Source: Eukaryota sp. GEM-RC1
Taxonomy: Eukaryota
Reading direction: 5' to 3'
Assembly: GCA_040285855.1 (NCBI GenBank)
Contig: JAUFOQ010000002.1
Coordinates: 3,534,001-3,598,000 of the forward strand
DNA: 64,000 nucleotides
Positions within the stretch are counted from its first letter, which is position 1; each line of letters opens with the position of its first letter. The position numbers and the translations under genes are program-made. This document shows, one piece after another, positions 1 to 12,122 of this stretch. The notes beneath the pieces are model-generated. The model saw only the letters and a list, made by a program, of their open reading frames with translations. It had not been told where the DNA came from and did not search any database.

Positions 1-355
1 TAGCACTGATGTTCGGGTTGTGAAGTATTTTTGTACGTATCAATGTTAAGGAAGCAAGATATTCTGTAGAAGCAGGACGTTTGATCGTAGTTGTAATAGA
101 GTGGTTCTGGCATGTATGGGCTATCAATTTTCTTATGATATAAGGAGTTCCGTCACTACTTTTTTGGGGACGAGACGCATAACACATAAAGGCACATGTT
201 TGATTTTTGCACCTGGCTTTGATCTGTTTATGTTCAGATTTCACCAACTTATAAGGAGCGTTTTCTTGTAAGCAATGAATACGTATAAGTTCTTTTATTT
301 GTGCTGCATTTGCGGAAGTGTTTACTTCAAAAGGAAGTAACTGATAGGGATCCAT
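1..355 (-). CDS. MULE/Mutator-like transposase, N-terminal part (runs off the window edge)
   Basis: Own translation from ATG at 355 is open to the window edge: ...YKLVKSEHKQIKARCKNQTCAFMCYASRPQKSSDGTPYIIRKLIAHTC. This fits the MuDR/WRKY-like Zn motif (KS...C-x4-C...HTC). Not in the ORF track because there is no stop in the window. Confidence 0.7.
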   Translation of the reverse strand, partial: MDPYQLLPFEVNTSANAAQIKELIRIHCLQENAPYKLVKSEHKQIKARCKNQTCAFMCYASRPQKSSDGTPYIIRKLIAHTCQNHSITTTIKRPASTEYLASLTLIRTKILHNPNISA

Positions 356-359
356 TTGG

Positions 360-445
360 TGAAGGGGTAGGTTTGTTCTAAGGGAAATTTGTGGGGGTAG
401 AAATGTACTTATATTTTGTCAGAGGGGTATACATGTACTTTTCCC
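360..445. mobile_element. Probable MULE terminal region/TIR
   Basis: Directly upstream of the MULE ORF. The minus strand reads GGGAAAAGTACATGTATACCCC..., a G-starting terminus typical of Mutator TIRs. The partner TIR is outside the window. Confidence 0.4.
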
Positions 446-1016
446 TAAATATATATGTATTATTTCCAATCCCTGCTTGCATGAAAGTGTACATAAAACC
501 CATCTATGGAGGTTAGTTGAAGTAATATACTGTACTAGTAAAGAACCCCTTTTAAAACAATTCTTTGTAGTTGAGTTTTATCGACTTCTGAGAAATATAA
601 TGAACCTCCTTTTGAATGACACGTTACAGTCGTGCTGATGCGTCACGTATGATTAAATTTTTGTATTAATCGTCAATTGCCGATAGCATGTGGATCCTAT
701 GTTTCTCCTTTTTATGATCTTCTTGATTTCCATTGGATGTCGAAGAAGTGCCATTTCGAAACATTTTGACTTTGAAGTGTTGTTTTAAGAAAATCCAAAA
801 TCCAATATTACAACATTTGAAAGTTTAGATTTTACAGCTTGGCTAAGGAAAAAATACGCTCAGATTATATGAATTAAAGGAGAGTTCTGCAGTAGTAATA
901 GTAAGCAAATCCCACAGATATTGGATCATCAATGGACGACAACGATGACATTTCGTTGCTATTTATGCCATGTATTTTATCAAATACTAGCTGCCAAATG
1001 CATGCTATGTTCAAGT

Positions 1017-1900
1017 CAGGGGTGTGAAAATATTTATTTAAATACAATGTATATTCTTTATTGTCTTCGATAAAAATAAATATACATTGTATTGTTATTA
1101 TTTTGACAGAAATAAATATATTGTTATTGTTGTCGAAAACAATAAATATATTTATTTATTGTCAATAAATATTGGTTAGTTTTATTTAGTTTCTATGTGT
1201 CAATAATGAGACAAGAACAGCTCCAACACTTTTTATGATATATCAAATGTTCCTCAGACTCGTCATCGTCCTAAAGGAGCTCAATAGATTGTGTCGTGAA
1301 TAAGACTCTGATTGAAGATACTTCTTTGGAGTAAGGCCTATTGCACAACCACAGAACAGTTTGGGTTTCCGTCGTATTAAGCAGGACAAATCGTCTCAAG
1401 TACAGTTTTGAAAAGTAGTGGGTAACAATTTCCTTATGTTCAGACATAAAGAAGACTCAGATAGAATTGTATCGTGCTCAGCAACCTCCAGTCGATCACT
1501 TTACACTGAATTTCTTCAAAAATAGCACAATGTATTACTGTAAAAACATACAAAATTTTTTTTGATCATGAATTATTCATTCTAAAAGTAATAGACAACA
1601 ACACTACAGTGTACATACATCTAATAATCAATATCCTCAAAGTCCAGATTGCCTAACTGGAAATTTTCACCTACCTTATCCTCATAATGTCTGCCAAGAG
1701 ATAATAAAGCACTAGATACAGAAGTCACCATACCTTTAAAGATAGCAAACACGATTCGATTTTTCCAAAGACAAAATAGGACACCAATATATTTAAATAT
1801 ATTGTAATAATATTGTTCATTGTTTCGACCAACAATAAATATATTGTCGGTATCTCACAGAACAATAAATACAATATAAATATATTTTTTCTCACCCCTG
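1017..1900. mobile_element. Non-autonomous hAT-type element (MITE)
   Basis: TIRs CAGGGGTGTGAAAA / TTTTCTCACCCCTG. Perfect 8-bp TSD GTTCAAGT (1009-1016, 1901-1908). Subterminal CAATAAATATATTG-like repeats. Confidence 0.9.
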
Positions 1901-2864
1901 GTTCAAGTCCTAGAAGATCGAATCTTCCCCGCTCCAGATATTTTCATTGAAATTCATCCCACAAAGCTACTTTGAGGAGTAACAGGACGAACACACGTCA
2001 TGAGAGATTGTTTAACTATGGGTATAATCAATTGTCTGTCAACCGTTGTGAGCAGAAAAATAGGCTATGTAACTTCTGAATGAAACGCCATGGCATTGAG
2101 TGTTTCATCAGGGTTTGGAATACAATATCGTAAGGCTCCAATACAAACAACAGTATATAGGTTCCAAGTAAACACATTTGCTTGATCGTAATGGGACAAA
2201 TACGATGTTGTATTCCCAACCCTGTAATGAACCTAAATGCATAGAATGTGGTTTTACCAGCAAACAACAAGAAGATTCTGTTGTAACTTCCGTTCTCAAT
2301 ACGTTTCAAATCAAATGCTGACGTATTTGTTGAAACGATGAAACAATGAAAGTGGAATCGCCTCAATCTTTTTAATCGGACTTGAAGATGAGTCACGCCC
2401 CCTCTTCGCCGTTTAAACCTGTAGTTACGCGCTATGCACCACCTTATCAACACAATCCTCCGCCCACTTTAAATGGCGGAACTTCTTACTTAATTCAATC
2501 TGGACACTCTCTACCGCCAGCTGTTCAACTTGTCCCAAACCTACCTACTGTCGGTACTTCACATTCACTTCACATCCAGTCCGCCCCTTGTTCCGTGTGT
2601 AAACATCCCTCAAAGTATGAAGCCAAAATTGCTGAACAAATGAGAGACGCTCATGTTCGTCTAATGTTGAAGTATTCTGCTGTTTGACATCAGTTTGAGT
2701 CAGCCTAGATCAAACCAGTGAAACATTTTTTTGCTTTTTGCGGTCTCTTTCCACTACTGATTGTTCACCATTCTTGTGTTGTTGCATAAATACATCCAAA
2801 GTAATACTTTGTATAGTCTTTATATCAGTCCAAGTATATCTCACAAACACGGACTTCACTCAAG

Positions 2865-3437
2865 ATGTCCGCTGTTCACAATGATCAGCCACTCTTCATT
2901 ACTGATGCGACTACAACTATATCTCCACAACAGAGCAACAAACATAAGCTTCTCTTCACCAAAGAAACTTACGCGATCTCAGCTGGAGACTTTAATAGCA
3001 TCACAACCTAGAGATTCAACAGAGATATGCAGATCTTTTCTAGAGACTGGTAAATGTCAACTGGATCATTGTCGATTTGCTCACACTATAACAGATCTAA
3101 GACCAACGTTAAAGTTAACAGGTTATCGGACAGCAAAATGTAGCACTTTCACGAACCTCCGTTCGTATGTTCTTTTGGTCAGCGATGTAAGTTCTGTCAT
3201 TATGATGATCAAATGCTTAAAGCCGAGCAGTTAGACACAAGTGCATCTCCATTTATGAGTAAAGTACCCTTCTCTATTGATCTACCACTGATAGATGGTC
3301 TGGAACCCTCTGCATCTATGTGTGACTTTTTGTGTGGTCTGGGAGATGTATCAGAAATACAGTTAGAAGAGAAGGTAAGGGAGAAGGAGAGACTTCCTAT
3401 TTTTAGAGAAATAACTGGATCATGGGCAAGAAATTAG
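2865..3437 (+). CDS. Tandem CCCH zinc-finger RNA-binding protein (TTP/Tis11-like), frameshifted; start uncertain
   Basis: First finger TEICRSFLETGKCQLDHCRFAH. Second finger YRTAKC..., continuing after a frameshift near 3150 as EPPFVCSFGQRCKFCH into ORF 3213-3437, which ends with the ERLPIF motif typical of this family. Confidence 0.7.
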
Positions 3438-3901
3438 GACAGTTCTTTAGTTGCAAGTACTTTAATATATTTTCTGTTTAGTGCCTATAATTAAACTTCA
3501 GACCTATACGCGCACCTATTTGGTACACCGATTTGTACGTACCGATGTCAATTGACGGTATTTAAAGTCCTAATTTTCAACCCATTTTAGATGCCTTATC
3601 GAAATTCAATTGTGGTTTTTAAATGTACATTTTGAAATTCATTGACAGGTATAATAGAAATCGGTGCAGGGATGCAAAAAAATGAAGTTATTTAAATAAA
3701 TTATTGTTCACGACGAAAATACATGTATTGTTATTGATGTGGCCAACAATAAACATATTGGTATCGCCAAATTTGACAATAAATAAATAAATATATTGTC
3801 AATATTTCTACGTAATCCAGTGACTTCAGATTTTGTCGACTATTCGAAAAATCTCCTTCATTTTCAAACACACCAAGTCAGGAGTAGGTATTGAGTATTA
3901 T

Positions 3902-5583
3902 CATAGTTGCAAAATACAAAATACAGTATTTTTTTTGTATTCTGTATTTTTTCTGTATTATGTATTGTGTTTTTTTCTGGAAAAGTGTATTATGTTTTTG
4001 TATTTTTTGTATTTTTTTATCAGCCCTAAAATCCCTTTAATTGATGAAAATGACTGAAGTAAATGAGCGAAAAACTCGACAGCGGATCGTGCTGATCAAT
4101 TATGCTATTGTTTGGTAGAATTGGGCCATGTATTATTTTAACAACTGGCAGAAATACTAGTACAATTGTCTGCTGAATTTTCTAAACGTTCCAGTACAGT
4201 ACGTCAACAGCATATGCTAGATGACTAAGAAGTGAAACACCTATCAAAGTCAAGTAACAAAAATTTAGAATCGCTTAATGATGTTCGTTCTAAAGAATTG
4301 AAAAATACCAAACCATGTGAAGTAGAAGTTGTGCAATCTAGTTTCACTACTGTCAGTGAGTGATGAAGATTCAAAACGCTGATGGGACAAACACGACACT
4401 CAGATTGATCCTGTTTTGAAGGTGTACGTGTTGTCTTTGTAGAGTATGATTTCGACTTTAGACCTTTTTACCTACAAGCGGTATATTAAGACGATTTACA
4501 ACTAATGTACGAGACAAAAAGTGTCCAAAGTCACATAGTATAACTGTATAACTCCACGTCAGTTCTTTCCGTGGATCAAATGAACATTTGAACCCTCGGT
4601 GCATTTCAGAGTTGAAAGAACAATTGGGTTGATATATATAACGAAGTCTAAGAATGCGTACCGAAGAGGTAAACCCTGATAACCCTGAAGATCAATCACG
4701 TTTACAATTGTTGGACTCAATACACTTAGTGTAATACTTGTAATTACAAGAACAAAAATACACTTAATACAGTATTCTGTATTGTTTAAGAGTTTATTTG
4801 CAACAATAAATTAATGCATACTAATTCAGAAAGTGAAAGAAGTTAAATTCTCCACATCAACACGAGAATTGTCCCTATACAACTTCGAATATATGGAACA
4901 TAAATATTTGGGAATGCTTCTATAAAGAGCGAACATAATTCGATTAATCCATACAGCGGTATTAAACACCTTGCCATTAGAACGACATAAAAGACTAAAA
5001 TCACAGAAAAACTTTAAACCGGCTGGACCAATAATACCAAAAATTGAAATTGCAAATGGAACAAATGAAAACTTAGAATATAGATTTTCATTAAGCTTCT
5101 GCAAAGCATCCGCATAATTTGAACACTTTCGCTGTTCAGCCTTTTCCAGATGACCATTCGAATCATTCAATATGGAGTCTTGGTAGACTTTTGCAAACGG
5201 GTCAACTGTAGTAAAATCAACCACAACTTGAGATGAATCCAGAAAAGGAGCAATTAAGTCACCACGCCGAGAATCAAACACGTTATTGTCACTATAATGT
5301 TTCAGAAGAGGTTCAATTTTACAACTATAATTGTAGGATTTGAACATTTCATAAGTAACGTCACGGACAGCGTTATGTAGAACAGATCGAAATTGCAAAA
5401 ATTTCTTGCAACTAACAACATGACAAAATGTGGCTGTAAATCGGTTATCGCAAAAACAGATTGAATTATTTAGCAAACCACTAGGGAATAAACCTAATCG
5501 AAGATTCTGTATTGTATTTGTATTCTGTATTTTTTGTATTCTGTATTGTATTATTTTTTTTGTCCGTGTATTTTGCAACTATG
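3902..5583. mobile_element. Nested hAT-type MITE
   Basis: 16-bp TIRs CATAGTTGCAAAATAC / GTATTTTGCAACTATG. Perfect 8-bp TSD AGTATTAT (3894-3901, 5584-5591). TGTATT subterminal repeats. Confidence 0.9.
4786..5503 (-). mobile_element. 5'-truncated RLE-type (CRE-like) non-LTR retrotransposon
   Basis: Encodes a C-x-C...H..SC knuckle, RSVLHNAVRD, RGDLI, VVVDFTTVDP, AE..K and FVPFAISIFG (restriction-like endonuclease C-terminus). Flanked by TSD ATTCTGTATTGT (4774-4785, 5504-5515). Close paralog of 7560-8275. Confidence 0.85.
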
Positions 5584-6379
5584 AGTATTATGCGAACAGT
5601 ATCTTCACCATAGGTTAGATTTATACATCAATAAACTTTGCTTTTCCAGACTTGATGTGTGCAGTCTTGGGCAAAGGGTTTCAGCAGTCAACTTAGTACG
5701 ACAAAATAGTGTTTCCGACTTGATTGGATGTACATGGCTGGAAAGTAGGATCAATGTAGCGAGACTTGGATTAATATTTTCAAATGCTCTGGTAATTGTG
5801 ATTGCTGCACTCTGTCCCACACAAAAAGTTCTTCGCTGACTGTTTCTCATTCTTACAGACATCTCGATTGCCGTTTTGACTATTAACTACAGCAGTTCAA
5901 AAGCCAAACAGTAAACAAATTGCCGTAAACAAAAAGTGTAATCTTTTGTCTAGGGTGTTTTTCCTAAAGTGAAAGTTCTTCAGAAGACTGATACACCCAC
6001 AACTTCTTTACTCCAAAATGGATGCAAAATTGAATATAACATCAAACAAATGGATGATTTTAGTGACGAAAAATGATGCCACAATATATGCAATATTATT
6101 GTTCATTGCTGGGACTCACAATAAATATACTAGTATTGTTGTTGTTTTGACCAACAATAAATATATTGTTAATATTTATTGCATTAAATAAAATAACAAT
6201 ATACCTTTTCGCATCCCTGAATCGGTGTAATCTATGAGATCACCTTTAAAAGCTAACAAGAACTAGAACAGGTTAGTGAAAAGGTGTTCCCAATGGTACG
6301 TGGTGTTGCCTATCATCGACTTTTCTGATGATAGCTCTACTCAATGCTTTCGTTTTCTTCGCACTTTTTTGGGAAATTA

Positions 6380-8275
6380 TGAGAAAATTCATTCAGAGTT
6401 AGATCATTGGCTAGCATTCAATCAAAATTAAACCAAATATTTTTTTTTAAATGTGAGTAAACATGTTTCTTTTGCAATGCTCCAGATCTGTTTTGCCGGG
6501 AAAATTAATTATTTTTTACGATCATTAGACTATTATGATTACGTTTAAGTTTTCAATGTAAGTTTTTCAATGTAAGTTTTGAGTTGAGTAGTTTCACGGC
6601 ACTGCTATTTTGAATCTATGTTAGGTCAGCTGTTTGATGATGGACAGAAGGACTATAGTTTAGATACTTAGTTATGATTTTTTGCAAGAGCAATTATTTA
6701 ACTGATTAATCATAAACCCCGTTTGTTTTAGACTATTCCCTTACTGAATCAGTTGTCAAAAGTGAAACTTTTTGAAAAATGATGATAATAATTTTAATAA
6801 TTATGGACTTTACTACCTTGTAACGCAACTTCTATTAACAAAATTTTGAACGAAATTTGTTCAGCTCTTGAAACTGCTGAAAGGAAAAAGTGAGATCGTT
6901 ATGGTGAATCAATTGCCAAGATGAATTCTAATCGACACAATCAATTCGTTTTCCATTCTGATGCTGTCTCTCTTTACGGAACGCTGGACTTTTTCGGACC
7001 AAAATTTCAAACAATCTTTCGGCAAATTGTGTAAGCAGTATGGAAAGAGTTTTAGCGAAAGTTATTGGAGAGGAAGGTTGTCATTTTCCCTCCTTAAAGC
7101 ATTGTTTATACTTTTTGATTCAATTTTTAAACCGTCTTTTTAAATCGAGACATGACTTTGAGATGATGTAGAGGTATTAGTATCTCTTTCATTAATATTG
7201 ATGATATTTACAATATTTTGGGTTCAGTCGTAGACGGCTCTTATGCTTTATTGAACTCTTTGGAGGAGTTAGTTCAAGGTTTGCCTATTGAAGTTTGGAA
7301 CAAAATTTTGCCGAAAAGTATTTCTTCTATTCCTGATCGGTCAATTGAATTTCTACCTCTTTATGTAGTTAAGTTACAGAATGCAACATTACTTGGGTTG
7401 GAAGACTTGGATTTTAGTAAAAGACCTAGAATGACTAAGATTGATAATCCCGTCTTTGCAGCTCTTATATGTGACATTCAACAATGTTCTAGCTTCATCA
7501 CTCAACAACCCAGACCTTTTGGTTTACATTTGAACAATGATGCTTGGAAGCAAAATATGCGTCTTCGATTAGGTTTATTCCCTAGTGGTTTGCTAAATAA
7601 GTCAATCTGTGTTTGCGATAACCGATCTACAGCCACATTTCGTCGTGTTGTTAGTTGCAAGAAATTTTTGCAATTTCGATCTGTTCTACATAACGCTGTC
7701 CGTGACGTTACTTATGAAATGTTCAAATCCTACAATTATAGTTGTAAAATTGAACCTCTTCTGAAACATTATAGTGACAATAATGTTTTTGATTCTCGGC
7801 GTGGTGACCTAATTGCTCCTTTCCTGGATTCAGCTCAAGTTGTGGTTGATTTTACTACAGTTGACCCGTTTGCAAAAGTCTACCAAGACTCCATTTTGAA
7901 TGATTCAAATGGTCATCTGGAAAAGGCTGAACAAAGTGTTCAAATTATGCGGATGTTTTGAAGAAGCTTAATGAAAATCTATATTCTAAGTTTTCATTTG
8001 TTCCATTTGCAATTTCAATTTTTGGTATTATTGGTCCAGCCAGTTTAAAATTTTTCAACGATTTTAGTCTTTTATGTCGTACTGATGGCAAGGTTTTTAA
8101 TAGTGCTGTATGGATTAATCGAATTATGTTTGCTCTTTACAGAAGCATTCCCAAGTATTTTAGTTCCATTTATTCGAAGTTGTATAGGGATGATTTTCGT
8201 GTTGATGTGGAGAATTTAACTTCTTTCATTTTCTGAATTAGTATGTATTAATCTATTGTTGCAAATAAACTCTTC
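6380..8275 (+). mobile_element. Rearranged/degenerate RLE-type non-LTR retrotransposon
   Basis: 6440-6535 matches the VSKHVSFAMLQ.CF.GKIN.FLRSLDY segment of ORF 63291. ORFs 7218-7961 and 7958-8236 carry the Zn-knuckle/RLE domain. The 3' end AATAAACTCTT is shared with the 4786 copy. 7030-7210 recurs at about 56185-56357. Confidence 0.8.
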
Positions 8276-8458
8276 AAGGTTGTTGATGATATTCTTTTTT
8301 TTGTAATTTATAATTTCAAGAGTTTTTTGAAACGACGTTTGCATTTTTATACAAAACAAACACAAAAGATATTGAGTATTGAGTGTACAATATGTTGAAG
8401 CAACACACACAAGTCAAAACTGCTATGGTTTCTCCGAAGTGATTCCAAACTAATCGAA

Positions 8459-9799
8459 TTACACATCAAACACACAAAATCGATGTTCAAGTCCATCTTC
8501 TTCTTCATCGTCCGTAATCACAGTGGTACATTCATCATCCATCCAACAATGTGCCACCGTGGAATCCAGCCGGAGATCATGTGCAGAAGAGGACATCTTT
8601 ATGGGAGAGTCAGAATGAAGGCTGTCAAATGAGTCAACTCCAGTAAGATTTGAACGAAATACAGTTGGTAGCAATCGGTGAATACATGTGGAGGAGCATT
8701 CATGAACTGAGTTGTGAGAGGACAGATGTTGTTGGCGTTCATCAATCACCTCTTGGTCCCTTATAGTAATTGACTCTTTATAAGGACCACAAACCATCCA
8801 AGGATGCGTCTTCAGTTCTTCTGCAGTTATCCTTGTCTTAGGGTTCTTGTCTAACATTGACAATAGTATATGTTGTAGTAAAGGGTCGATGGACAGAGGG
8901 AAAGACACATCGTCTTGGCATATTTTGCGATAGATCTTGAACACTTGCTGGTCATAGAACGGCAGACGACCGAACAACATAAAGTAGAGGGTTACACCAG
9001 CAGCCCAAACGTCAGAGGCCTTTACGGCTCTATCCACGTAGCCGGAGACAAGTTCAGGAGCAAGAAACGCAGCAGAGCCGGTTAGTGCAACAGCACTTCG
9101 TTTATTACAATAGATGTCAGTGGAAACTCCAAAATCAGATAGCTTGACGTGATCATCGGAAGTTAGTAGGAGGTTACTTGGTTTAATGTCCCGATGAATG
9201 ATGTCCAGTTCATGGAGGTATTCCATAGCATTGACTAAATCACAAAAGTAACCCCAAACAGAAGAGACAGGTAGAGGATCACCAGTTATGGACGAATCTG
9301 AAGCTAAAGCACCGCCTTGAACGTACTGTAGAACAAGATATCGTCTGTTATTTTCGTGGTCCTCAAATGTATCAAATAGGCGAACAATATTTGGGTGATT
9401 TACCTTTTTCAGTATCGAAACCTCGCGATTGTTCATTTTATCCAACAGTAGTGATTTTGAGAACAAGCTATCGTTGGAGAACATGTTGTACGCTTTAAGC
9501 ACTAGCGTTCTACCGGTATCATGACATTGTACAAGGTCAACGGTGGTGTATGAGGATCGTGACAAGTTCCTAATTATATGAAAGTTGTACACATGTGGCG
9601 CACGAGACACGGCGCAAGGTAGATTTGGAAGCTGTAGGGAATGTCCCTTCTGCTGATGTATTGATTCTTGAAAACTCTTTGGGGAAATTGGTTCCAAGTT
9701 TGTACGACTATATGCCCGTTGTGCAGATGTGGCAATACAAGGGGTAGTGCTTGGTAAATCGGGAAGCTTGCATTGGAAGAGTGGTCGGTTGTGCCTCAT
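8459..9799 (-). CDS. Ser/Thr protein kinase, CaMKK/SAK1-like
   Basis: HPNIVRL, IIHRDIKPSNLL, DFGVS, GSAAFLAPE, DVWAAGVTLY motifs. The Gly-loop is degenerate (LSRSSYTTV). Confidence 0.9.
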   Translation of the reverse strand: MRHNRPLFQCKLPDLPSTTPCIATSAQRAYSRTNLEPISPKSFQESIHQQKGHSLQLPNLPCAVSRAPHVYNFHIIRNLSRSSYTTVDLVQCHDTGRTLVLKAYNMFSNDSLFSKSLLLDKMNNREVSILKKVNHPNIVRLFDTFEDHENNRRYLVLQYVQGGALASDSSITGDPLPVSSVWGYFCDLVNAMEYLHELDIIHRDIKPSNLLLTSDDHVKLSDFGVSTDIYCNKRSAVALTGSAAFLAPELVSGYVDRAVKASDVWAAGVTLYFMLFGRLPFYDQQVFKIYRKICQDDVSFPLSIDPLLQHILLSMLDKNPKTRITAEELKTHPWMVCGPYKESITIRDQEVIDERQQHLSSHNSVHECSSTCIHRLLPTVFRSNLTGVDSFDSLHSDSPIKMSSSAHDLRLDSTVAHCWMDDECTTVITDDEEEDGLEHRFCVFDV

Positions 9800-10395
9800 A
9801 CAATCATGAATTTAAGAAGAAGAAAGAATCGGCAGATCCAAAAGAACTATTGACAATTCATTCACGTTTTCTCTTGTCCTTTGATGTAAGATACTGTACT
9901 GCAAAGGACTCACACTCAAAATGACATCTGATTCTCTTGTTTTCCGATGTGACACAATACGCAGATGCTAGTTAGGATAGTCTGAGAACGCTTAAATAAT
10001 GTCAAACGTCAAGTCTGCCGGCTTTCTAACAAAGATGGAATCCATACTGCTACTATACCACTTGTGGGGTCTCCAACTTTACGTTCACAATAGCATGTGG
10101 GTGTCATTGACCATACTTCATGCTCTGCTTAGTTCGATTTCAACTATTGTCAGAATCTGATTGATGATATGATATGGCTAAATTGGCATGTACAAAATAC
10201 ATTTGCGGTCTACGATGCAATTCCTTTTAAATCATAGTTGGACAAATGCACTTTTTTGTATTTTATGTATTTTTAAATATGTAGATACAGACTGACTAAA
10301 ATGACAACTTACCCCACATTATTGACCAAACATAAATAGAGAATTTTTACTTCTAGTTGTCTGTTTCACTTTTGATTAGACAAACAGGTTGATTT

Positions 10396-11125
10396 CAGTG
10401 ATCGTCAATATAAAACCGTAAATACGGTAACTTTTTAGACTTTTTTGGGTGCCTAATAAACATCTCTCTCTTTTTAGACAACTCCGTAAATTATTCTCGT
10501 ATTTTACGGAACAGTATAATTTACGACAACAATACTATTTTCCGTAAATAATTGCAATACGGAACCGTATTTCACCGTAAATTTACTTTTGGATTTCCAC
10601 GTTTCTACAACAAGAATTGTTATCAAACTGCTCGTTTTTTTGGAGTGAAAATTATAGTAAAAATCATATTTTTTTCTAACACTGCAATCTTCTTATTTTC
10701 GTTTTGACAAGAATTGGAACTTCGTATTGAACAATATTTTTCTGATGTTGTGAAGAATCAAAACTTTGATAGTCATCACAATGATCAGTTTTGGCATGAT
10801 ACAGAAGATTGGTGTATCCTTTACCCTTCTTAATCCAAGTGAAAACAATGGGTTGACAGTACTTACACATGTAGCAGTCATACGAGATTACAGTATGGAT
10901 CCTAGGAGAATGTAGCGGGTCTTCCAGCTTCGTTAAGAAGTTTTTGATACGCATCGTCTTGCATTGTTTACGGAAAAATTCATATTCTACGGCATTGTTT
11001 TACTGTAAATAATTTCCGTATTTTATGGGAAACTCTATTTTACGGAAAGCAATAGTTGGTACCGTACCATATTTACTGCAATTCCATAAATACACTGTTT
11101 TTATTTTACGGTTTGACGATCAGTG
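10396..11125 (-). mobile_element. hAT deletion derivative with BED zinc-finger remnant
   Basis: TIRs CAGTGATCGTCAA / TTGACGATCAGTG (1 mismatch). TSD GTTGATTT / GTTGATGT (7 of 8). Internal ORF 10676-10954 has CKYC...GYTNLLYHAKTDH (BED-finger pattern). Second copy at 29678-30285. Confidence 0.8.
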
Positions 11126-12122
11126 GTTGATGTTTCTCATTCTTCTCTGTACATAGAGTTAGTTATTTCTAATGTTTTGTACTTATCGTAGCGTCTTCAT
11201 TTCATTGCCTTTTGTACATTGTTGGGGACATAGAATCTCACCGTAATGCCCAAAAGAAATAGCCGATGAGTGAGAGTGTGACGTGACTAACGAAATACAC
11301 AGTTCTGTCTTTCGTTACGGTCTGCCAATAATACGAATCTGGTCTCCAAAGAAGCCAAGGCATCACGTCATCACGTCACGTTATCACTTCTTACAGTCGT
11401 GTGTTTCGTCTTGCTTGCGATGATACCTCCTCTATACTGTGAAAACTGTCTTTTGAGCAGGTTATATTGAATCAGAAGAAATACTCAAAATTTTTGGTTG
11501 AGTGGGTTAACGTTTGCGTTGTTTCGTTCAATGCACAGATATTTTAATTTAATTTTAGTTAAGTTGTTCGGTGATGCACAGAAGGATCATAGTTTAGATA
11601 CTTTAGTTAGTGTCTGTTAGTTATTAACTTCTGCAAATGCATTGTTTTCAATGATTGATCATAAATCCCGCATCTTTTAAAAAAGAAATACAGAGTTTCT
11701 AATGTGCCTCAGACAAAAGGCCAACCCGTCTCTTTATACTACATTGTAGTGGCCAAAGGAAATAAAACTTCTTCTCAGCATCTAAGGAAGAGCCTAAAAA
11801 GCCTTTTCTTTACAAGTACAAATGAAAGAGAAAAAGCAAACTGACAAAAAAAATGACAGGTACTGTATTATAAATAGTGAGATCTTAAAAATTATGGTGA
11901 AAATTGATATTAACAATACAAATAATATTAAATCTATTCGATTTCAGAACCACTAGTGGCTTCTTCTCTTACTGCAGATTGTTGAACAATTATTTCTTGT
12001 AACCTATATCAGAAAGTTCTACCGGGAAAACATTACGAGTGTACGACTTCTTAACATTTGTTAAAAATTAGTTTTCGCTGTTTCCAGAACCATTGATAAC
12101 GAAAGTACTTTCTAGAAAATGA

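Larger units (their letters stand above)
3667..6219. mobile_element. hAT-type element carrying nested insertions
   Basis: TIRs CAGGGATGCAAAAA / TTTTCGCATCCCTG. Perfect 8-bp TSD AATCGGTG (3659-3666, 6220-6227). Confidence 0.9.

Noticed and set aside
2028..2687. Short overlapping ORFs near 2.0-2.7 kb
   Set aside because: No domain evidence. 2382-2687 could be a small gene but cannot be supported.
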